Source: Chiloscyllium plagiosum (Eukaryota). Taken from it: 61,051 nucleotides of DNA. Location of the stretch: positions 30,908,413-30,969,463 of the forward strand of contig NC_057746.1 of NCBI RefSeq assembly GCF_004010195.1, read 5' to 3'. Under the pieces are notes generated by a model, which made no database searches, had not been told where the DNA came from, and saw only the letters and a program-made list of their open reading frames with translations. Shown here one piece after another: positions 26,012 to 39,709 of this stretch. Made by a program: the position numbers and the translations under genes. Position 1 is the first letter of the stretch; the number at the start of each line of letters is the position of its first letter.

Positions 26012-26400
26012 TGCGCCGCAGAACACATTCAGCTCAGTCACTCCCTCAGGGAGGTCAGTGCAATCCTCAAGGAATTCTTGTTATTGGCTGCTCTCGGCCC
26101 CGCCCACTCTGAGAGGCGGAGACAGTCCCCAGAGCAGAATGAGGAATAAACAGCGTTAGAGCAGCGACAGGGAATCCCTGAAGCCGGGAGGTGAGAGGGA
26201 AAGTAGGATGGGAATGGGGTAGGTGGGTGGAGAGAGGATGGGAGGGGGTGGGGATGTTGTCCTGGGAGTGACTGGCAGCCTGCTGCTCTCCTTCATATCC
26301 TTCAGTCCCAAAGCAGCCCCAGGCACGGATGNNNNNNNNNNNNNNNNNNNNNNNNNNNNNNNNNNNNNNNNNNNNNNNNNNNNNNNNNNNNNNNNNNNNN

Positions 26401-26717
26401 CTGATGGGTGAGTGCTGAACCAGAGGACACAGCTTAAAAATATGGGGTAGACCATTTAGGACAGAGATGAGTAGAAACTTGTTCACCCAGAGAGTGGTGG
26501 CTGTGTGGAATGCTCTGCCCCAGAGAGCAGTGGAGGCCCAGTCTCTGGGTTCATTTAAGAAAGAGTTGGGTAGAGCTCTCAAGGATAGTGGAATCAAGGG
26601 TTATGGGTATAAGGCAGGAACAGGATACTGATTGAGGATGATCAGCCATGATCATAATGAATGGTGGTGCAGGCTCGAAGGGCAGAATGGCCTACTCCTG
26701 CACCTATTGTCTATTGA
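26401..26717 (+). mobile_element. CR1-like LINE 3' end
   Basis: ttcacccagagagtggtgg..gtggaatgctctgccc; tail ggcctactcctgcacctattgtctattg. Confidence 0.8.
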
Positions 26718-27052
26718 CTTGGAGATCAGTGATCACCCAGGATCTCCTCAATGTACCATAGAGCCAGCATCAGAGCACAGAGCCCAGGACTGCCATTCAG
26801 CCCAGGACTGCCATTCAGCACAGCAGCCTTTCCCAGTCATGGGCTCAGTTCCCAGGAGGTTAGTGCTGTGGATCCTGTTGGCTCACCTCCCACTGGGCAG
26901 GCCCCCGGGAAACATTGCAGCAAACCAGGAGCCCATGGTGGCAGCTGGCTGTGCGCCAGCCCCAAAACTAATCCTCCTCATCGGAGTCCTATTGCCTCGG
27001 GACCAGAACATGTGTATTCCCCTGGAGTGAAATTCAATCCAGTTCTTGGGGC

Positions 27053-30000
27053 TGGAAGGAGAAGTCCACATCCTAGCCCATTTCTTTCTGAAAACATGGT
27101 TTTTGCCACCTGTTCATGAGTCCATATTGTCCACTCACCTTGTGCATCGCTTCAGAAACAGCTCACCATTCCTGCAGCACACTGCCCAGACATGGGACAA
27201 GCTTTTCCTGATCTAGAGATGGAGAGAACAACAGATTTCTTCGGATTTCTGTTCCGAGTTCATTTATGAGCCTCCCGTCAATTCCTCAGGGCCCTCTCCT
27301 CCTCCAAGACACTTTCTCCTGACAGCCCATTGGTCTCCTCACACATGAGATTCCCGAGGCCCAGAAGTTTCAGTTAAATGTTGTGTGGACATGATGGGGA
27401 GTGACTTTGTGGGAAACACAAGCTGAAACATATTGTCCAGCGCCTCCTCACCTCTCCCTTACAATCCACCAGGATCCTCTCAATCCTCACTTTGGGAGTC
27501 ACTGCACAGAACTGAAGAGCCTCATCCCTGGTCCCATTCTGGGAAATCTCCCCTTGCACCATCCCTTCGGCCTTATCATCCTTCCGAAATGGCAGGCCCA
27601 GAATTGGCTGCAGCTTGGACGGGAGACCAGTGGGAATCCTGTCGGTGTCATTTCCACCATTTCTCCAGGCTCACTGCTGGTTCAGTCCAGGGAATTCCCC
27701 CCCCAGGGAGATTCAACCCCAAGGGCTTCCATAAAACCGGACACGCGGCAGCAATTCGCCCTCAGATTGTATCTCCCTCTCCCAGAGAGGGGCAGGGGCA
27801 GGACCTGACGGGACATGAGTTCTCCATGAGACCCAGTCTCCTTCACTTCAATGGGCACCGCATTCTCACCTCGCCATCCAATTGTATTGGTAAGGTCCTA
27901 TGGAGTGTTGCCGAACAAAGAGACCTTGGAATGAAGGTTCATAGCTCCTTGAAAGTGGAGTCGCAGGTAGATAGGATAGTGAAGAAGGCGTTTGGTATGC
28001 TTTCCTTTATTGGTCAGAGTATTGAGTACAGGAGTTGGGAGGTCATGTTGTGGCTGTACAGGACATTGGTTAGGCGACTGTTGGAATATTGCGTGCAATT
28101 CTGGTCTTCTTCCTATCAGAAAGATGTTGTGAAACTTGACAGGTTCAGCAAAGATTTACAAGGATATTGCCAGGTTTGGAGGATTTGAGCTATAGAGAGA
28201 GGCTGAACAGGCTGGGGTTGTTTTCCCTGGAGCGTCGGAGGCTGAGGGGTGACCTTATAGAGGTTTACAAAATTATGAGGGGCATGGATAAGGTAAATAG
28301 ACAAAGTCTTTTTCCTGGGATCGGGGAGTCTAGAACTAGAGGGCATAGGCTTAGGGTGAGGGAAAAGTTATAAAAGAGACGACGCGGCAACTTTTTCACA
28401 CAGAGAGTGGTACGTGTATGGAATGAGCTACCAGAGGATGTGGCGGAGGCTGGTACAATTGCAACATTTAAGAGGCATTTGGATGGGTATATGAATAGGA
28501 AGGGTTTGGAGGGATATGGGCCAGGTGCTGGCATGTGGGACTAGATTGTGTTGGGATATATGATCAGTGTGGACAGGTTGGACTGAAGGGTCTGTTTCCA
28601 TGCTGTACATCTCTGTGACTCTATGACTCTATCTATTCACAGGCTGAAAGAGGATTCAGTGTCAGCAGCAAGGACTTACCAAAGCCTCTGATGACATCAA
28701 GCTAGGTGGTAGGGTGAAATGTGAGGAGGATGTTAGGAGAATACAGGGTGACCTGGACAGGCTAGGTGAGTGGACCAATGTATGACAGATACAGTTTAAT
28801 GTGGATAAATGTGTGGTTATCCACTTTGGTGGACAAGGTTCCCCATGGGAGACTGATTAGCAAGGTTAGATCTCATGGAATACAGGGAGAACTAGCCAGT
28901 TGGATACAGAACTGACTCAAAGGTAGAAGACAGAGGATAGTGGTGGAGGGTTGTTTTTGAGCCTGGAGGCCTGTGACCAGTGGAGTGCCACAAGGATCGG
29001 TGCTGGGTCCACTACTTTTCAACATTTATATAAATGATTTGGATGTGAGCACAAGAGGTACAGTTGGTAAGTTTGCAGATGACACCAAAATTAAAGGTGT
29101 AGTGGACAGTGACGAATGTTACCTCAGAGTACAATGGGAACTTGATCAGATCAGCCAATGGACTGAGAAGTGGCAGGTGGAGTTCAATTCAGATAAATGT
29201 GAGGTGCTGCACTTTGGGAAAGCAGATCTTCTCAGGACTTATACACTAAATGGTAAGGTCCGAGGGAGTGTTGCTGAACAAAGAGACCTTGGCATGCAGG
29301 TTCAGAGCTCCTTGAAAGTGGAGTCACAGGTAGATAGGATAGTGAAGAAGGCGTTTGGTATGCTTTTCCTTTATTAGTCAGAGTATTGAGTACAGGAGTT
29401 GGGAGGTCATGTTGCGGCTGTACAGGACATTGTTTAGGCCACTGTTGGAATATTGTGTGCAATTCTGGTCTCCCTATCGGAAAGACGTTGTGAAACTTGA
29501 AAGGGTTCAGAAACGATTTACAAGGATGTTGCTAGGGTTGGAGGGTTTGAGCTATGGGGAGAGGCTGAACAGTCTGCGGCTGTTTTCCCTGGAGCATCAG
29601 AGGTTAAGGGGTGAAACTAATACAATTCTAACAGGACTGGACAGGATAAACTAGGGTAGGAATAGGTCCAGTCAAGGATAGTAGTGGGAAGTTGCGTGTG
29701 GAGGCGGAAGAGATTGGGGAGACACTGAATGAATACTTTTCTTCAGTATTTACTCAGGAACAGGGCATTGTCGTCGATGTGAATTGGAAGGAGAAGTCCA
29801 CATCCTAGCCCATTTCTTTCTGAAAACATGGTTTTTGCCACCTGTTCATGAGTCCATATTGTCCACTCACCTTGTGCATCGCTTCAGAAACAGCTCACCA
29901 TTCCTGCAGCACACTGCCCAGACATGGGACAAGCTTTTCCTGATCTAGAGATGGAGAGAACAACAGATTTCTTCGGATTTCTGTTCCGAGTTCATTTATG

Positions 30001-30136
30001 AGCCTCCCGTCAATTCCTCAGGGCCCTCTCCTCCTCCAAGACACTTTCTCCTGACAGCCCATTGGTCTCCTCACACATGAGATTCCCGAGGCCCAGAAGT
30101 TTCAGTTAAATGTTGTGTGGACATGATGGGGAGTGA
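27053..30136. repeat. 352-bp direct repeats (27053-27404, 29785-30136) flanking a 2.4-kb block
   Basis: Both copies run tggaaggagaagtccac...gatggggagtga at a constant offset of 2732. Confidence 0.85.
27890..29784 (+). mobile_element. Two or more nested or adjacent CR1 LINE fragments
   Basis: TSGVPQGSVLGP..KFADDTK; LLEYCVQFWS; 3' tail at about 28610-28632. Confidence 0.9.
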
Positions 30137-33100
30137 GCTGCAGCAAAGTGCAGTCCTCATTGATGAGCCCCTCGGGACTGTCTGTCCCTCTATCCTCAGG
30201 CAGGGAGGCTTGCTCAGCACGGCCAGGGCTTTAGTAAACCACATGCTTGTTTCAGGAATATGTTCCCCTCATCAGCTTTCTCCTTATGGGCCATCTTGAA
30301 CATCCAGGGGTGGTGAGCTGTCTCCCAGTGACCGTGCTGGGGGTGACAGACTCTCTGCGGTTGAACTTTGTCCAACTCCCTCCCAGCAGCTGCTGGATGT
30401 GTCTGGGGAGTGGTCCTCTGAAACCATTCCTGCAGCTCGGAGAGAGGCCGTTCCTCAGATCACCCAGAGTGTGCCTGCTGATAGGATGGTTTTCCTTTAA
30501 TGAGGAGCCTGAATGGAAGGTTAAACTGGTTTCATCTGGTGGGAAGGAGTTGCCAAAAATGAAGAGGAAACCAAATGTTAGTTTGTGAGAAATGTCTTTC
30601 CCCAAAGATTGGTGAGAACGTGGGGCTCATTGACACATAGTGTCATTGAGAGGAATTTCTGGAGAAATGGAGGATGTTGATGGGTTTTAATGAGCAGAGG
30701 CTAGAGAACTGAAAGATCAACGTGGATGTATTGGACTGTTTCTGTGCTGTCCATAACACAGAATAATCTGTTAGCAAACTCCCTCCCCTCAGTTTACTGT
30801 GCCAGCTGCTGTCTCCCCATCACTGTTGTGCCTGAGATCAGGTCCCTCAGTCCAGGCTGGGGCGCCTCCCTGCTCTGCATGGCTCAGTATCACAGCAGTT
30901 GGTGCATTGACCCACTGAGCAATCAGGGCCACACACGGGGAGCTCAAAAACCAAACTGTGATCAAAGCACAGGAACAGATCCAATCAGCACAGAGAGAGG
31001 GAGAGAGAGACCCTGATCATCTCCTTTCTCTCTCCAGAAATAAGCAACACTGAAACCTCGATCATGCTTTAGAACTGGGAGTCACAGTTGATCTGGAAAT
31101 GGGGAGATAACTGGGTTTCCTAGATTTAGTCTGGCACTGAAGTCTTGACCCTTGCGTTAAAATGTCAAGATGTATCAAATGCTAAAATGTCATGGATTCA
31201 GAGACAGGAGAATGGGAAAGCAGCTGAAAATGTGCCTGAAGGGACAGGATAAGCTGAATGGAGCAGAATCACAATGCAGTCACAGCTCATTGGGGATAAC
31301 ATAGACTTAAAGGTGGAAGGTATTTAAATATTTTGTATATATCTATCATGCTGTAATGGAAGATCTGTCTTAGTTGTTTAATAAGTCTGGTATATCTCCT
31401 TGTGTTTTCATGTAACTAGTTGTGAGGTGAACCAATGTGCTGAGCTTCAAGCCAGGAGGTAGGTAGATGGAGTTCCAAACGAAGAAGAATTCAGACTAAA
31501 GATATCATTGCTGAACAAAACAGGGACACACACAGAGAAATGTCAGGGCCTGTCACCAAAGAGAGGACTTCCCTTGCCCACAGCAACAGGTCTAGAGCCT
31601 GTCACCTTTGGGATGTGTGAATGGCCCCTTCGTGCCCTCCTATGATCCAGCAATCACCCCCATTGCTGGCCTGTGCCTGGAGACTGCTCTCTGCTGGAAG
31701 GAACATGTGATCACACGGAGGTGGTCCTGCATCTGCAGGGGAGCATTGATGACCCACTCAGATGGCCTGGGTTAAGGCATTGCTTTATCTGTCAAGGGAG
31801 CAGGGTCAGGAAGAGTATAAACTCCATTCTAGAGGTTATTGGTACGGTCACCCCTTCCTTTAATCACTTTAGCACTTCAATCAAATATTCTCTCAACCTT
31901 CTCCTCTGGAAGGTGGACAACCCAGCTTCTCCAATCTTTCCATGTTACTGAGGTCCCTCACCCCGGAAACATTTTCAAACTTCTCTGCTCTCTCTCAAAG
32001 ATTTCACATCCTTCTGAAGGTCTGGTGAAGATAATGGACACAAAACTTCCATTGTACCCAAACCAGAGCTTCTAAAGTCTCATCATGATGACATTGGTTT
32101 TGTACTTTCTGTCTCTATTGCTAACACCTCATCAATTCAACTACTTTCTCCACCCACCCTTCAAACCTCATCAGTACTCCTCACCAGCCTCCATATCCCT
32201 CAAATGCTGCAATCCGTTTAGAATTGGACATTTTCTGTTCATTTCAACATTTTGATTCTATTCTGTTCTCCAAAATGCAAATGCTCATGTTCCAGCATCA
32301 TCTCATATACAAATGTTCCGGAAAAAACTTCCGGGAAGTTGGGAGAATCTTACCTTTTTGTTAAGTCCATGTCCAGGAGGGAATCTCGGCATGAGACCCC
32401 AATGAAGATTCTAACCATATCTGACTAACTCACCACAGTAATTACCAACACCACCCCGACGGTATTTCCCATGGCTGATTTCAGCCTCACCTTACCATGC
32501 ACCATTTCCTGAACAACATAGACAGGATGGTGAAGGCAGTGTTTGGTATGTTTACCTTCATCGGTCAGTGCATTGAGTTCAGGAGTTAGGACATCATGTC
32601 ACAGCTGTACAAGACATTGGTACATGTGGAGTCACATGGAAGGTAAGGATGGCAGATTGGTCCCCTATAGGACATTAGTGAAACCGGATGGGTGACCATG
32701 ACTAAGACAAGCTTCACTCTCCTGATTTATAAATTGAATTAATATTCTCATGAGATTTGAACCCAGATCCTCCACAGGGTTCAAATATCATGAGAATATT
32801 CAAAGTGGTGTGGCCATTTTGAGAATATTGCACTCAACTCTGGTCTCCCTGCTGCAGGAAAGATGCTGCTAAACTTGAAATGGTTCAGAAAAGTTTCACA
32901 AGGATGTTGCTGGGAGTGGAGGTCCTGAGCCACAGGGACAGGCTGGGACTTCCCTCTCTGGAGTGGCAGAGGCTGAGGGGCAACCCTACAGAGGAGCATG
33001 GAGAGGGCGGATAGCCAGGGTAGGGGAGTTCAAAACTAAAGGGCATAGGTGCAGGGTGAGAGGGGGAAGATTCAAAAGGGGCCTGAGTAACATGCAGAGG

Positions 33101-34104
33101 GCAGTGTGTGTATGGAACAAGCTGTCAAAGGATGTGGTGGAGGCTGGCACAATCACACCATTTAAAAGGCATTTGGAGATGTACCTGAATAGGAAGGGTT
33201 TAGACAGACATGGCCCAAATGCTGCCAAAATGGGACCAGATCAGTCCAGGATATCTGGTCGGGATGGACAAGTTATTTCCAAGCTGCATGACCCGATGAG
33301 CAGTCGGGATTACTGGTCCAGTCATATTCCCACCATCTCCTCCTGAGTTTTGCAGTAACATTAAGCACGACAAATCACAGGAGGGAAGTGGACAGAAAGC
33401 TCATGTTGAAACGATAATGTGATAAAATGAATATCATTCATATGGTCTTGCCAGAACAAAACACTTGATGGGAGGGCCAGGAGCTTAACAACCACCACCA
33501 AAAATAAAATGTAATTTTCTTTCAGTGAGTTATGCACCAACAGAGATCGGGGGAGAGAATGTNNNNNNNNNNNNNNNNNNNNNNNNNNNNNNNNNNNNNN
33601 NNNNNNNNNNNNNNNNNNNNNNNNNNNNNNNNNNNNNNNNNNNNNNNNNNNNNNNNNNNNNNNNNNNNNNNNNNNNNNNNNNNNNNNNNNNNNNNNNNNN
33701 NNNNNNNNNNNNNNNNNNNNNNNNNNNNNNNNNNNNNNNNNNNNNNNNNNNNNNNNNNNNNNNNNNNNNNNNNNNNNNNNNNNNNNNNNNNNNNNNNNNN
33801 NNNNNNNNNNNNNNNNNNNNNNNNNNNNNNNNNNNNNNNNNNNNNNNNNNNNNNNNNNNNNNNNNNNNNNNNNNNNNNNNNNNNNNNNNNNNNNNNNNNN
33901 NNNNNNNNNNNNNNNNNNNNNNNNNNNNNNNNNNNNNNNNNNNNNNNNNNNNNNNNNNNNNNNNNNNNNNNNNNNNNNNNNNNNNNNNNNNNNNNNNNNN
34001 NNNNNTGATGGACGGTGCCGGTGGATACAGAAAGGAAGCCCTGTATGAACTATCACCATCTCGGTGCTGCCTGAGCTGAATGTGTTCAGCAGCGCAGGGA
34101 CAGC

Positions 34105-34115
34105 GAAACTGAAAG
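34105..34115 (+). promoter_or_regulatory. IRF-E-like motif upstream of TRIM-D
   Basis: GAAACTGAAAG about 30 bp before the ATG, at the position homologous to the motif in A and C. Confidence 0.45.
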
Positions 34116-34146
34116 GGGTTTGAATCAGGAAGTGCTGAGGGTGAAC

Positions 34147-36055
34147 ATGGCTTTCAGACAGCAGGTCCTGAGTTTGACCGAGGAGGTAATCTGTCCCATT
34201 TGTCTGGATTTCTTCACCGATCCAGTTTCACTGGAGTGTGGACACAACTTCTGCCGCTCCTGTATCACCCAGAGCTGGGAAAAGCAGGAGATAAACTCCT
34301 GCCCGGAATGTAGACAGGAGTTTCCAGACAGATCCCTCAGAGGAAACCGGGCCTTAGCGAATCTGGCCGAGAAAGCTCGAACATTAAATCTGAATCCACA
34401 AGAGAAGGAAAGTAAACATCACTGTGAGGAACATCAGGAAGAACTGAAGCTGTTTTGTGAAACTGACAAGAAATTGATCTGTGTGATTTGTAGAGATTCC
34501 CGGGAACATAAATCTCACAACTTCATCCAGATCACAGAAGCTGTTGGAATCGACAAGGTAAAAGGAAACACATTCCATCCCCTGATTATTTTATCACATT
34601 TTATTAAAATTATTTTATTAAAATACTTTTATTTTCTGATTTTCTCTTCCAATCCCAGGATCGGGTGAAATCTTCCTTGGAATCTCTCACAGGGAAGAAA
34701 TCGGCGGCTCTAGAAATGGAGCGGCAGCAGAAACAGCAGATTTCAAAAATTCGGGTAAAGTCCCATGGAGATCAGCTTCAAAATTTGATTTGTTCATTTT
34801 TTATTGCAGAAACATCACAGAAAAGATCACAAAAGCGCTTCACAGGAGGCTCCCAAGCGCTGAGGATGTCACCTAGACAGGGGACGAAACGTCTGCAACA
34901 CAAATTCCCAGCTCGGCGAACAGAACCACAACAACGAGCACCCGAGCTACAAATCTTCTCACAAACTTTGCAGAAACATATTGTATTTATATTTCCCCTG
35001 ACAGGAGGAATCCAGCAGCCTGCAGACCCACATCAAATCCGAGTTCACTAAAATGCACCAGATGCTGTCTGAGAAAGAGCAGAGTTTACTCCGAGATCTC
35101 AGAGAACAAGAGGAAAACATTCTCAAACCAATGAAGCGAAATCTTTGTAAAATTCAAGATAATTTAAATTCTCTTCAGGAGAAACTCTCAACGTTGGAGA
35201 AACAGTTGGAACGAAAAGACAGAGTGGTATTTCTGAAGGTGAGGGATTATATTTCAGATTAGTTCAGTGACCGTGACTGTGAACAGTCCCAACATGATGC
35301 AGACACCCATCCTCCTTCATTCCCCCCGTCACTATCTCCCTCTGCTCCTTTCTCCCTCATGGTTTTCCCTACTTTTCTGTTTATACATTTGTGTCAATCA
35401 CACTGTGTGACAGTGGATTCCATACTTCCATCACTTTCTTGATAACAATATTTCTCCTGAAATCCCCATTGGGTTTATTTGTAATTAGATTATGTTCATA
35501 TATTCCAGTTTTCAGGTTCTTTAGAAATGGAAACATGTTGATTAAATCTATGGGATCAATCCCTTTCATAATTGCCAGCTTTCAAATCAGATGTTTACTT
35601 CAGTAAAATACATTAATGTTTCCTTCAATCCTTTACAGTTGTTTGAATTTTTTTGACCTTCTCCTGCTCTTCAATATCCTTTGTGTCACATCCTCTTTCT
35701 ATTCCATGTCTGAAATAATCAGACTTGACAATGCTCAGCAGGTTGTAACAATGTGAGTGCAATTGCTGCTTTTTAGATATGGACAGTCAGTCTCTGTCAA
35801 CTCAGATTGGTGTTCTGTTTGTTTCAGGAGGAAGCATCTCGGGAGAGGAGGTAGGACATGTACTTTACTGAAACTCAGTAAAATTACTCAGGGAAGTGTT
35901 TGTGATGAATTTACAATAATTATTTTGTTTTGTTTGCAGGATTAGTGATAATAGTAATGAGCTCTCACTAACAGATGGTGCCCTGTCTCCCGAAAATTTC
36001 AACATTGTTTTACCATTTCTTGTGTGGAACGAAATGCTGGAAACTATTAAACCTG
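34147..36055 (+). CDS. TRIM-D, RING/B-box/coiled-coil. Exons 34147-34557, 34659-34754, 35005-35238, 35828-35850, 35940-36055; B30.2 exon not seen
   Basis: Intact RING and B-box; 411/96/234/23/116-bp GT-AG exons open in phase. Confidence 0.88.
34816..34967 (+). mobile_element. Penelope-like short insertion (second family) in TRIM-D intron 2
   Basis: 12-bp TSD ttgcagaaacat (34804-34815, 34968-34979); contains a hammerhead motif; absent from paralogous introns. Confidence 0.8.
34857..34896 (+). ncRNA. Minimal type-I hammerhead ribozyme motif with intact core
   Basis: gcg-CTGAGGA-t-gtcacct[agac]agggga c-GAAAC-GTC-tgc: conserved core, 6-bp stem II with one mismatch, palindromic ACGT in place of stem III, 3-bp stem I. 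Confidence 0.7.
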
Positions 36056-36567
36056 GTAAAGCTCTGATAAGTTGCTTTGTTTTGATTCCTGTTTTAAAAT
36101 TTGGATTGTTATGTGTATAAATATTAATGACAGTATAATTAATGCTCAGTTATAACTAAAGCTGGATAATAATGGCTTTCACCGTCATTGATATCGACAC
36201 AGTATTTGGCTTGGAGCTCTCCAAAACTGAAGTCAACAGGAATTGGGGAAAACTCTCCACTGGTTGGAGTGAAACTGAGCACAAGGGAAGATGGCTGTGA
36301 GTGTTCAAGGTCAATCATCTCAACTCAAGGACATTTCTGTAGGAATTCTCAGGGGAGTGTTTTTGCCAGAAATCTTCAGCTGCTTCCTGAATACATTTTC
36401 CCCCATCCTGGGGAGGGGGATGGGTGGAGATATTCTCTAATAATAGGACAATATTCTGCCCCATTTGAGAAAGAAACTGACACCACAGTGAACCTGCACA
36501 GTTACTGCCTTTGCTGTTTGAATTCATGTATCGCTGGACATCGGAGTGTGTCTGGGAAAATTAAGTT

Positions 36568-38162
36568 AAAAATCACACAACATCAGGTTGTAGTCCAACA
36601 GGTTTATTTGGAAGCACACTAGTTTTTGGAGCAACGCTCCTTCATCAGGTGGTAGTGGAGGACACAATTGTAAGGCACAGAATTTATCGCAGAAGTTTAC
36701 AGTGTGATGTAACTGAAATTATACATTGAAAAATACCTTGATTGTCTGTTGAGTCTTTCATCTGTTCAAATACCATGATAGTTTCACTTCTTTCATGTGT
36801 AAATCGCAAAATCTTTTCTTAAAAGTTGCATTCTCAGGTTAAATGTAACAATTGGTGTTAGCTGGACAATATGTTGAAGGTGTTAGCCCCCTGTATTCTC
36901 TGTCTGTGCCATGATATTTAGATTGATTCTAAACTAAGTAGTGAGATAATAGAGTTTTACATGAATTCATGCAGTTTTTGAACAAAGTACAATGTTACTC
37001 TGCAAGTACAAATTCACTCCACAAAATACATATATATATGTGTGCATGTGGGTCTTTGTGTGTGTGTGTGTGTCTGGGTTGGGAGTGTCGTGAGTGTGAG
37101 AGAGAGTGTATAAGTGTACATATGTGAGTGTAGAGTGTCTTAAGTCTGTGAGGGGGTGCATGTGTGAGTGTGGGAGTGTGTGTGTGTGTGTGTGTGTCTG
37201 GGGTGATGGGTTGTGAGTGTCTGTGTGAGAGTGTATATGTGTGTGCGTGAGTGTAGAGTGGTTTAAGTCTCTGAGAGGATGCATGTGTGAGTGTGGGAAT
37301 GTGTGTGTCTGTAAGGGTGTGTGTGAGTGTCTATGTATATGTGTGTCCGTGTGTATGTGTGTATAGGAGTGCCTATGTGTGTGTGTNNNNNNNNNNNNNN
37401 NNNNNNNNNNNNNNNNNNNNNNNNNNNNNNNNNNNNNNNNNNNNNNNNNNNNNNNNNNNNNNNNNNNNNNNNNNNNNNNNNNNNNNNNNNNNNNNNNNNN
37501 NNNNNNNNNNNNNNNNNNNNNNNNNNNNNNNNNNNNNNNNNNNNNNNNNNNNNNNNNNNNNNNNNNNNNNNNNNNNNNNNNNNNNNNNNNNNNNNNNNNN
37601 NNNNNNNNNNNNNNNNNNNNNNNNNNNNNNNNNNNNNNNNNNNNNNNNNNNNNNNNNNNNNNNNNNNNNNNNNNNNNNNNNNNNNNNNNNNNNNNNNNNN
37701 NNNNNNNNNNNNNNNNNNNNNNNNNNNNNNNNNNNNNNNNNNNNNNNNNNNNNNNNNNNNNNNNNNNNNNNNNNNNNNNNNNNNNNNNNNNNNNNNNNNN
37801 NNNNNNNNNNNNNNNNNNNNNNNNNNNNNNNNNNNNNNNNNNNNNNNNNNNNNNNNNNNNNNNNNNNNNNNNNNNNNNNNNNNNNNNNNNNNNNNNNNNN
37901 NNNNNNNNNNNNNNNNNNNNNNNNNNNNNNNNNNNNNNNNNNNNNNNNNNNNNNNNNNNNNNNNNNNNNNNNNNNNNNNNNNNNNNNNNNNNNNNNNNNN
38001 NNNNCACTCACACATGCACCCCCTCACAGACTTAAGACACTCTACATATGCACACATATATACTCTCTGTCACACTCACGACCCCCCAACCCAGTTGCAT
38101 TCTCAGGTTAAATGTAACAATTGGTGTTAGCTAGACAATATGTTGAAGGTGTTAGCCCCCTG
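36568..38162 (-). mobile_element. Penelope-like element 3' region (third family) with a degenerate hammerhead at 36617-36651, (TG)n-rich tract and inverted segment
   Basis: Reverse strand reads cac-CTGATGA-aggagc-gtt-gctcc-aaaaacta-gtg; 38005-38090 is inverted relative to about 37075-37175; about 70-bp direct repeat at 36824-36893 and 38093-38162. Confidence 0.6.
37040..37386. repeat. Imperfect (TG)n microsatellite running into a gap
   Basis: Directly visible. Confidence 0.9.
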
Positions 38163-38169
38163 GTAATGC

Positions 38170-39705
38170 TTAGAGGGATGCCAGAGAAGGGGAAGCCTTT
38201 AAAAACCTACAGAGGATGACTGAAAAAACAACAAGGGAGAAGAAGTTGAAATATGAGGGTAAACGAACAAATCATATTGAAGAAGATTGCAAGAGTTTTT
38301 GTTTAGATGCATAACAGGTAAGAGAACAATAAGAGGGACATTGGACTGCTAGAAAATGAAGCTGGAGAAGTAACAATGACAAAGAAATGGGAATGGAACT
38401 GAATAGTGCTTTGTATCAGTCTTCACGGTGGAAGGCACCAGGAGTATACAAGAACTTCATGGGAATCGGGGGCAGAGATGAGTGGAAGTGCATGGTAAAA
38501 TGGGGCAAAGGTAGCATCAAGGGAAGGTCATGCCTGACAAATCTGCTAGAATTCTTTGAGGAGGTAATGAGCACCTGAGACAAAGGAGAGTCAATGGATG
38601 TTATCAATCTGGACTCCAGAAGGTCTTTAACAATGTGCCACACAGGAGACTGCTAAGTAAGAAAAGAGCCCGTGGTGTTTGAGGCAAGGTACCAGCATGG
38701 AGAGAAGCTTGGCTGTTTGGCAGGAGGCAGAGAGTGAGGATAAAAGGGTCTTTCTCAGGACAACAGCCAGTGACCAGAGGTGTTTCACAAACGTCAGTGT
38801 TGGGACCACAACTTTTCACTTTATAGATTAATGGTGTAGATGAAAGAACTGAGGGCATTCTGGCTAAATTTTCAGATGAGACAAAGTAGAGGGAGAGGTA
38901 ACACTGAGGAGGAGGGAGGCTGCAGAAGGATCTGGACAGGTTAGGAGAGTGGGCAAAGAAGTGGTAAATGGAATACAATATGGGAAAGTGTGAGGTCATG
39001 CACTTTGTAGGAAGAATAGAGACATAGACTATTTTCTAAATGGAGAGAAAATTCAGAAATCTGAAGTGCAAATGGACTTGGGTGTCCGGGTTCAGCATTC
39101 TCTTAAGGTAAACTTGCAGGTTGAGTTGGTAGTTAGGAAGGCAAATACAATATTGACATTTATTTCGAGAGGACTGAAATATGAAAGCAGGGATGTACTT
39201 CTGAGGCTTTATAAGGCTCTGATCAGACCACATTTGGAGTATTGTGAGCAATTTTGGGCCCCATGCTTCAGGAAGAATGTACTGGCCCTGGAGAAGGCCC
39301 AGAGGTTCACAAGAATGATCCCAGGAATTAAAGGCTTAAAATACGAGGAATGTTTGAGGACTCTGGCATATACCCAGTGGAGTTTAGAAAGATCGGGGGA
39401 ACCAATTTACAGAGTACTGAATGGCCAGGACAGAGTGGACATTGGGCGGCTGTTTCCATTGGTAGGAGAGATGATGACCCAAGGGCACAGCCTGGGAATA
39501 AAGGGAAGATCCTTTAGAATCTTCTTCAGCCAGAGAGTGGTGAATCTGTGGAATTCACTGCCACAGAAGGCTGTGGAGGCCACGTCATTGAGTCTATTTA
39601 AGATTGAGATAAATAGGTTCTTGGTTGTCAAGGGTATCAAACGTTACAGGGAGAAAGCAGGAAAATGGTGTAGAAAAACTTATGGAGCTGTGATTGAATG
39701 GTGGA
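38170..39705 (+). mobile_element. CR1-like LINE ORF2 remnant
   Basis: KGRSCLTNLLEFFEEV; RPHLEYCEQFWAP; FFSQRVVNLWNSLP. Confidence 0.88.
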
Positions 39706-39709
39706 AACA

